Below, piece by piece: positions 55,112 to 64,000 of a DNA stretch of 64,000 nucleotides (its first letter is position 1; each line of letters starts with the position of its first letter). Location: the NCBI RefSeq assembly GCF_009914755.1, contig NC_060940.1; one strand, 5' to 3'. The translations under genes and the position numbers were made by a program. This DNA comes from the human T2T-CHM13v2.0 reference genome, Homo sapiens. Under the pieces are notes generated by a model, which searched no databases, was not told the DNA's origin, and was given only the letters and a program-made list of their open reading frames with translations.

Positions 55112-56455
55112 TCATTTTTTGGAAGTTTCACTCCTCCATTGCTCATTGTAAATATATCTGTTACACTGGAATGGGAGTTATCTGTCTACTGTGTTGAGTT
55201 TTAATCTCCTTTGCTGGTTTGTCATTATATCTTCAATGTTTGACCCCATGGGAAAACTTAATAAATACTTCTCATGAACATTTCCACCACCCCTGAATTT
55301 GGAGATTTGCCTCTTCATTCAATTTTTTTTTTTTTTGCAATAATTACTTAGATACTCTCTAGAAGATTAATGAGTTACACAGACTTTTGCATTCCTCGCT
55401 AGGGAGCTATGCACAATCTATTAGGTATCTGGCAACAACAGCATAATGTGTAATGGGTGCTTAATAAATGTGTTAAGCCAACAGCCAAGAAGAATACAAA
55501 AGGTAGAAGTAATATTTTGATTCTACCTGTGGCTGTAATTTCAGCTGGATCCTGAAGGATGGATGAGATTTTGACAGAAAGAAAGTGATGGAAAGGAAGA
55601 GAAAGAATCATCAGAAGTCAGCGTGGGGGTGCACAGGGGGTTGAGTCAGTTCTCCTTTCATTACGTGCAGATGTGGAAAAACTGGATAAATGAAAAGGGA
55701 GATTAAAATTGTAAAATTTCAGTCATTTCCTCAGCAGTCATCTCGCCGAAGGTTGGTTCTGTAGCTGCTGGCAGGTGGCCAACTTACTAAGTCCTCTTAA
55801 ATTGACAGAGAAGCCAGATAAATATCCACTCTTGGCAGCACTTTCCTGACAGATGGTCTGGCATTCATGGTATAATCCAAGACAACAATGGTAGAGCTAA
55901 AAACTCTCTAGCCTAGCATCTCCTAATTACCGCATGCAATATGTAACTAGGATTTCAATGTGCTAGCAGTTACTATCGTGGAAACAAGGGAGATGAAACC
56001 ACGTACAATAACCAAGAAATGGCAACCACATTTAAGAGGATGAGTGTGTCTGACAGGGGGGTCTTCAAGACTTGAAATGTAAAAATATAAGAAAATAAAC
56101 AAGTTCATTTCTTTTCCCTAAATGAAACTCGGTACTACCCTTCAGGTCACAAATGAAATGAAAGATGAGATTCCAAGAAATTTTATTCAGTAGCTTTTTA
56201 AGTCTTTTGCTCAGCAACTTGCATTTTAGTGCCCCCCTCATAAATTCAAGCCAGTTGCAAATGTCCTTGATGGCTGTAATTATTTGAACTTGCATTTTCT
56301 GACATTCCTCCCGCCACACACAAGGATAAAGGATGATGTGCTGTCCTAACGGCAGTGACTCAGAACTAGAAAGCTGCTAGAGCACCATCACTTAAAATGG
56401 GTCCTTAGGCATGTCACTACCTCTCAGTTTTAGTTACCTATTCTCTCTCTCTCTC

Positions 56456-56902
56456 TTTTTAAAATAATTTCAACTTTTATTTTAGATTCAGAGAGTACAT
56501 GTGGAGGATTGTTATTCTGTATATTATGTGGTGCTGAGGTTTGAGGTACAATTGATCCTCTCACTCATATGATGAACATAGTACCCAATATTTAGTTTTT
56601 CAGCCCTTGTCCCCTGCCTCCAGTAGTCACCAGTTTGTATTGTTGCCATCTGTATGTCCATGAGCACTGAATGCTTAGCTCCCACTTATAAGTTGGAACA
56701 TGCAGTATTTGGTTTTCTGTTCCTACGTTAATTTTCTTAGGATAACGGCCCCCAGCTGCATCCATGCAGCTGCAAAGGACATGATTTTATTCATCTTATA
56801 GCTACATAGTATTCCACAGTATATACATACCACATTCTCCTTATCCAGTCCACCATTGATGGGCACCTAGATTGACTCTATGTCTTTGGTATTGTGGATA
56901 GT
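56456..56902 (-). mobile_element. LINE-1 3' end (L1PB-like)
   Basis: ttcaacttttattttagattcagagagtacatgtg, ttagctcccacttataagt, gctgcaaaggacatgatt, caccattgatgggcacctag. Confidence 0.85.
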
Positions 56903-57704
56903 TGCCTTTTCTCTTAAAGAAATTACTCCTCTGCTAATCTAACTTTTATTTTGGAGAAATGACAGTGATTTACCAAAGCCACATATATTTACTTCTGTAT
57001 AATGACTTAGGAACTTAAAAATAAACAAAACAAGAGGTAAGCTTAAGGAAAGACTATCACCAAGAATTATTGATGTATCTACATGCAAATAATTACCTTG
57101 TAATAATGAACCTGTTAATGAAAATCTCTGAAGACAGTAGGGTTGATGCCTAAATTAAGATCTTGAGAAGTAAAGTATGAAGCCTTATCAGAAATAGAGC
57201 AGACTCAGGGAAAAGAAATATTGATGCATTCAACCTCTTGAGAATCATGAAGCCATCTATCATCATAATTGCCGATATTGGCAGTAGCACTGTTTGAAAC
57301 TTGTAGTCTCAGGGTAATTACAGCCTTCTAGATCTGTTTGAAAGTAGGTTGTGATCAATGGTGGAATCCCATAACTTCATTTCAGTTTTAGCTAGGAAGT
57401 TAATTGTAACTGTTTTGCCCTTAGGCCTAATTATTTGTTTATAAAAAATTGCTTTACATTGATATTTTTGAATCTACTGCCTGTTAATGAGTAGTTAAGG
57501 AAAAGATAAATATCTGCATATCCTTGAAATAGATTTATACCTAAGAAAATCCATCCTACATTCTCAGTTTCTTATCTCTTATCTCTCTATTGTTGATGGG
57601 AAGCCTTACAGATAACATAAACTGAGGGTTAACACATACTTTGTGTATATTTCTATGCATATAGAAGAGTGTATAGAATATCAGTTTTTTAAAAGTACAA
57701 ATGT

Positions 57705-58245
57705 ATGTGGATTATTTATTGTTGCATAGTAAATCTTCCCCAAACTTAGCAGTTTAAAACAACAAAGAATTGTTATCTCTCAATTTTTGTGGGTTGGAAA
57801 TAAGAGCACAGATTTTCTGCTTCAGGGCCTCTTACAAGCCTAAAGTCTGAGTGCCAACCAGAGCTGGGGATTCAACTAAGGTTAACTGGAGAAGAATCTG
57901 CCTCCAAGATCACTTCCATGCTTGTTGGTGGAATTCGTCTCCTCAAGGGTTGTTTGGCTGAGGGTCCCAGGTCCTCACTGTCTGTTGGCTGCAGACTGCC
58001 TTCAGTTCCTTACCACTTGTCTTTTGTTTTGCTTCATCAAGGCCAGCAATAGGTAGAATCAGCTAGCCAAACCCAAGTTGCAGTCTTTGGTAACCTAATC
58101 ACAGAGGTGGGATCCACTCAGAGTGGATGTTTCCTATTTGTGTGAAGCAAGATAGCCAAAGAGTGTGGATTTGTAAGGGATTAACAAGGGCTTTGCACAC
58201 AGAAGATGGAGTCATTTGGGACCCTCTTAGAAGCTGCCTACCACA
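57705..58245 (-). mobile_element. MLT1 (MaLR) solo LTR (MLT1D-like)
   Basis: aaacttagcagtttaaaacaac...gctgagggtcccaggtcctc...cttagaagctgcctaccaca. Confidence 0.7.

Positions 58246-58248
<3 letters not shown>

Positions 58249-58296
<48 letters not shown>
58249..58296. repeat. (TG)n microsatellite, ~24 units
   Basis: Direct read. Confidence 0.95.
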
Positions 58297-58297
<1 letters not shown>

Positions 58298-58589
58298 TTG
58301 CATACTTGTAATATCTCTAGAAGGATAAAAAATAAAATAGTTGCTTGTGTGACAGTAGAAGAGTGAGAAGCAATGACTTTTTATTCAAGTTTCTCCTGTG
58401 CCTTTTGGACATGTAAAGCCTGAGTTTGAGATGCTGGTTGCAGATATCAGAGTGAATTTGAAGATACATGAATCTGGAGATCAGAAAGAGTTCTGGACTG
58501 AATATAATATTTGAAGTCATGAATCAAGAGATGATACTTGATCTTATTAATGATAAGATCACCCAGGAAGGCAGGCCAGACAGAGAGGT

Positions 58590-58620
<31 letters not shown>

Positions 58621-60838
58621 GAAAGTTTGAGCCTGGGGGTACTTTTTTTGTTTTTCTCTTTAAGGACATTTGTGACTAAGCTGCAAAATTGTTTGATAAA
58701 AAATGAGGTGTTTGAAAACAAAAATGTTTAAAAACATAAAATAAAGAAATGGAATGGTATTTTTTTAAAATTGCATTTACAGCAATTATACTGTGATTAG
58801 CCAGGATTTGGTTTATGTCCAAAATCTACAGTTGCAAAGAGTATCTAGACTGACAATTTAGGGTGAAAGGTCAAGATTCCAAAGGAAAGTCAGTGCAGGA
58901 GGAAAATGGATTAGAGTCCAAGGAGCTGATATGCTTCATTTAATTTTTCACCTTGAAAATTCCAGAGAGTCCTACTTGTCTGCAACCTGAGGCCATGTCT
59001 TCCTTCCAATATGATCCTCTCATCTCTGAAGTCTATTCTGTTCCTGTTTCTTTCACTTGCTACTATGGTAGGTTGTTTTCCAGAGTTCTTTCTTTCCCCC
59101 TTTGAGATACAGTTATTTTTATTCCCAAATACCTAGTAGTCAGTGTTTTTTTTTACCACGACCACGTGGTTAGAGCATAACTATCAGCTATGTTCTGAAG
59201 GGAAAAAGAAAAGTTTAAGTAATAAACTCAACTTCCTCTGAATATCATCTGTCCAACTGACAAAATGGGGGTTTGAAATAAATTATCTTAAGAATCCTTT
59301 GAACCTTCAAGATTTCATCCTTTAAACAGAAGAAAGCTTGCAAGTGCTGAGGCTAAAATACAGCAAGGAAAATAAGGTGGCAACTAATGCTAACTGCCAG
59401 GCTTAAGTGAAGTTTTGAGGCTGTTGGAACCTCTGGTATCCATCCTGCATCTGGACTTCCCTCCCACAAATCTCCTTTGCATTTATCTTGGGGAATTCTT
59501 TCTCCTGCCTGTAATCTGTTGGAATTCAATAATCACTGCTGAGCTAAGGCACGCCTGTGTGCACAATGCTCACCCATACACACATCCAAACACAGCAGAT
59601 GTTACGCTAAAATAGTATGTTCCATAGATCCCACGTATTCAATAAACCAAGCTTCCCCAGTATGCATTTAAATTAACTTTTCAGTTTCACATGAAAACAA
59701 GAGCTGTGAAACTACCTAGTCAGTATTGGTTTTATAGAATCTCTTGTCCATGTGAAAGTTAAAGTTAATGCTCCTTGAGTTGACATATGGAGCTAATTTG
59801 ATGGATGTATGTTCAAATGAAATATGTCTCAATGATGCAAAGGCTGGGTAACAATGGTATACTAGCTGGTTGGATGGTGATTTCTAAATATAAATTAAAT
59901 TATTTTTATGATGTGAGGAAATTACTTAGGGACCAACATCAGGAAAACTAAGAAATTGAGACTGTAAAGATAGTGTTTATTTTAAAAGACAAATAGCACT
60001 GCCTGTGTGAATTGCATTTACTAAAATCTTACATGATAATATTAGATACACTTATAATTTTGTGTTTGCACAAAATGTTAATATGTGTTAGGAACAAGGT
60101 ATCTATATTAGTGTTTAATGAACAGAGGTTATCCTGTTCTCTCAGTGCGATGTTTACTACAATTTGCACAAAGCAGAATTGTGTCACATATACTGTTCCT
60201 ACAGACTTTACCTCTTGAAAATGGGAGATCTTTTTAATGGTAGCAACTTCTCTGCAGAACATAGGCATACAAAATGTTAAGAGATGAAATCGAATGCCTT
60301 TGGTTCTTTGGAAATTCCAGTGCAATATTATAATTCAAAGCTATGTTGAAAGACACTTAATTTCAGGATTTGTTTTACTAAACTCTCACAACATATTTAT
60401 GGGAATGATGAAAAGCAAACTGGATTATAGATAAGTTAATTGAAGTCATAGCTATTTATAATGCTAAACAAAATGGGTTAATTAATTACTTCATCTCACT
60501 GTAAATCAGGTATCAACTTTATTTTAAAATCCAGATTTAATAACTAAAATGTAGCTTTCCATATAGTTATGTTTATCAGCAACTAACCATAGTCATATTA
60601 ATAGTGCTTGTGATTTCCACCAATAGAAATTAGGTATTTTTTTTAAAAGCAAAAAACAATTTAGGCTAGCAAAGTCTGCTAGAGAATGAGGCCTAAAGAC
60701 TTATTTTGTTTTAATTTGAAAAATTAAACTTCTCATGGACAAAATTATCACCAGCAGAGCTGAGGTTCAACTTGTGTTCATAGCAAGCATTAGGAATACT
60801 TTGGAAAAAGCTAAGGTCAGCTTTGTGGGTGGAGATGA

Positions 60839-61234
<396 letters not shown>

Positions 61235-62321
61235 TAGAAATATCATAGACTGGTCCAGCAAGTCAGGTCCCTTCTAGTCAAAGGAGAGACAGACAAGTGC
61301 CTTCTGAAGGGGCCATTTCCTCAAAAGGCAAACAAGAGACTTTAAGGATTCATGGGTTCCTCATCAGAGAAGATGTATGTTATTCCTATTTGAGTATCTG
61401 CATCTACACTCTCCCAACCTGGTGCTTGGTTGACAAGGGTCCCACCTTCTGGAGTTTACATTCTAATTGGAAAAATAGCCAATAAACTTGTGATTTATTT
61501 TCATTAAAAAAAATCTGATATTTTTATGTCACCTTATAGTTGTTGCAGATATTTCAAAATTTAGTTAATATCTATCTCTAGATATTACAGTGGTTATTAC
61601 CCTACCACTAGAGCTTGTTATTTAATATAATAAACATATATTATTACATAATTTAAAAAATATTTTAATGTTTGTATACCAATATTAATCTAAAATAGTA
61701 TGATCAGTTTGGTGAAGTTTAACGGAACTTCACCAGGCTGTCAAAGGGGTCTGTTGACTTAACATGGTTAGGTACACACATTCTAGACGAATTTGCCAGA
61801 AGGCTTTGTTTTTTAATTCAACAAAACAACCACAAAATTTGATACAAATGTAGAAGTTATATTTATCAAACCAATGTAGAAGTGTCAGTCTTCACAATTG
61901 AAAAATTTTGCTACGGAGATAAAATAATTAACCGGCACATGTAAAACACTTATAAAAATGTATGTGAATTAAAGTATCAGTAAGGCTTCAAAGCATCCCT
62001 CTTTTAGGCGATTACCAAGGTATTTCCATTGACTAAATTGTCCCAAATTATTCAAGTCATCACTGAAGTATGGCAAATGTTGAACCACAAACTGATTAAA
62101 AATTAGTTGAAAAAAAGGGAAGAGTGTAAATATCATAGTGGAGTCTTAAACAATATCATGTATTATGTGGATTAAGTATTTTACTCTAATTATGTAGGCA
62201 CTATGTAGAAAGCATATAAAAATCTAATCTTTGAGAATATATTATTTAACTCATATAGTGTTAAATTACTTTGTATTTTTTCCTAATGATATTAATTGGC
62301 TTTAAGAAAATAAAGGCAACG

Positions 62322-62685
<364 letters not shown>

Positions 62686-63357
62686 TTATTATAATTAAAC
62701 ACAGCCAAGATTCCTGATGTATAGGATATTTATAGAGAGGTGATGTGTGTGTGTATGTGTCTGTGTGTAGTAGTCATATAAAATTGAAATACATTATTAT
62801 TTTTTACTCAAAATGATTTAAAATTGTTATAATTGTATCTATAATAAATAAATATATTCCATTAGTATGTCATACTCATCTGGGTATGGTTTGCTGTAAG
62901 TTTCAAATGTTGTGCACTCAAAATATTAATAAAGCCCATTTTTAAAGAAAATTTAAAAGAAGCAATGTAATAAAGAATCTTTGAATTATCCATTATACAT
63001 TTACTTTTGGAATGTATTCATCTTTATGCACTTAATCATTTGGGAAGCAATTTGTCTATTAATGGCCTTATGATAATTTAATATAAATTCAATTTATATA
63101 AAATGTGTTCAATGTCAATTGCTACTAGATTAAATATGTGATTTGAATAGGAATTAAACATTCACAGTTACAAACATTGTAAAGATAATGGTCTCCCTGA
63201 TATGATCATTTCTCTTCATCACCAATCTTTTTTTTCAAGGTTTTATTCTTATTAAAATTTTCTAAAGAATTAGCTACATTCATTGACACCTCTGACTATT
63301 TTTAAGATGGATAAACAGTTTGTGATAGATATATTATTTATATTAAAAAATAAAGTA

Positions 63358-63471
63358 AAGCCTGGCTCACATTTGTAATCGCAGCACTTTGAGAGGCCGA
63401 GGCAGGTGGATTGCTTGAGCCCAGGAGTTCAAGATCAGCCTGAGCAACAAAGGGAGACCCCATCTCTACAA

Positions 63472-63510
<39 letters not shown>

Positions 63511-63685
63511 CCAGGCCTGTTGGCATGCACCTGTGGTCCCAGCTGCACAGGAGGCTAAGGTGGGAGGATTGCTTGAGCCCAGAAGGTTGAGGCTATAGTG
63601 AGCTGTGTTCATGTCACTGTACTCCAACCTGGGTGACAGAGAGAGACCATGGCTCAAATAAATAAATAAATAAAATATAATAATA
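63358..63685 (+). mobile_element. AluJ-like with (AAT)n expansion in the central linker (63472-63508)
   Basis: gattgcttgagcccagg J-type positions, ~12 AAT units between the monomers, (AAAT)n tail. Confidence 0.9.
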
Positions 63686-64000
63686 AGAAATAAAGTTAGA
63701 TGTATCTAGCTTTGTGAATCCTCAAGCTGCTTGAATATGTGAAGATGATTTTGGAGTGTCTGGACTCTGCTGGATTAACCGACTGGACTTGATGTTCATG
63801 TCAGTATAGCATGAGAGGGAGTTAGGCCGTATATGGTTTGGTGAAAGTGGACCAAGACATGCAAGAGACAGAAGTTCTGTTTAAAAGTTTTGCTTTTAAA
63901 AAAAGTAGACCAAACATGTCAAACCTTTCAGAAAGTTTTCCCCAATTAACCAATTTCTCAATCCTCAGTACCCCTTTACTCTACAATCATACTCTATTTT

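Noticed and set aside
56225-56245. CTCF-like motif agtgcccccctcat
   Set aside because: Only half of the consensus matches, too weak without ChIP data.

Overview
Primate (human-like) genomic DNA, AT-rich and dense in Alu, L1 and LTR repeats. Positions 1-~32,950 hold the last seven coding exons and 3' UTR of a contactin-associated protein gene on the + strand. They splice in frame with GT-AG sites into end of LamG3, EGF, LamG4, stalk, transmembrane segment and a cytoplasmic tail ending NQKEYFF*, which I recognise as CNTNAP4 (CASPR4). Positions ~33,000-64,000 look intergenic: an ERVL provirus relic, solo LTRs, Alus, L1 pieces and microsatellites. The most unusual structure is in the last intron: a ~480-bp fold-back with ~149-bp inverted arms (26817-26965 / 27152-27298). 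Its loop is a 187-bp, 96%-identical copy of the exon/intron junction 1,288 bp upstream, including the splice donor. Other local duplications, candidate cryptic splice elements, a near-perfect 3' UTR palindrome and an Alu-flanked in-frame circRNA candidate are also reported. Repeat subfamily names come from remembered consensus sequences and need RepeatMasker/Dfam confirmation.
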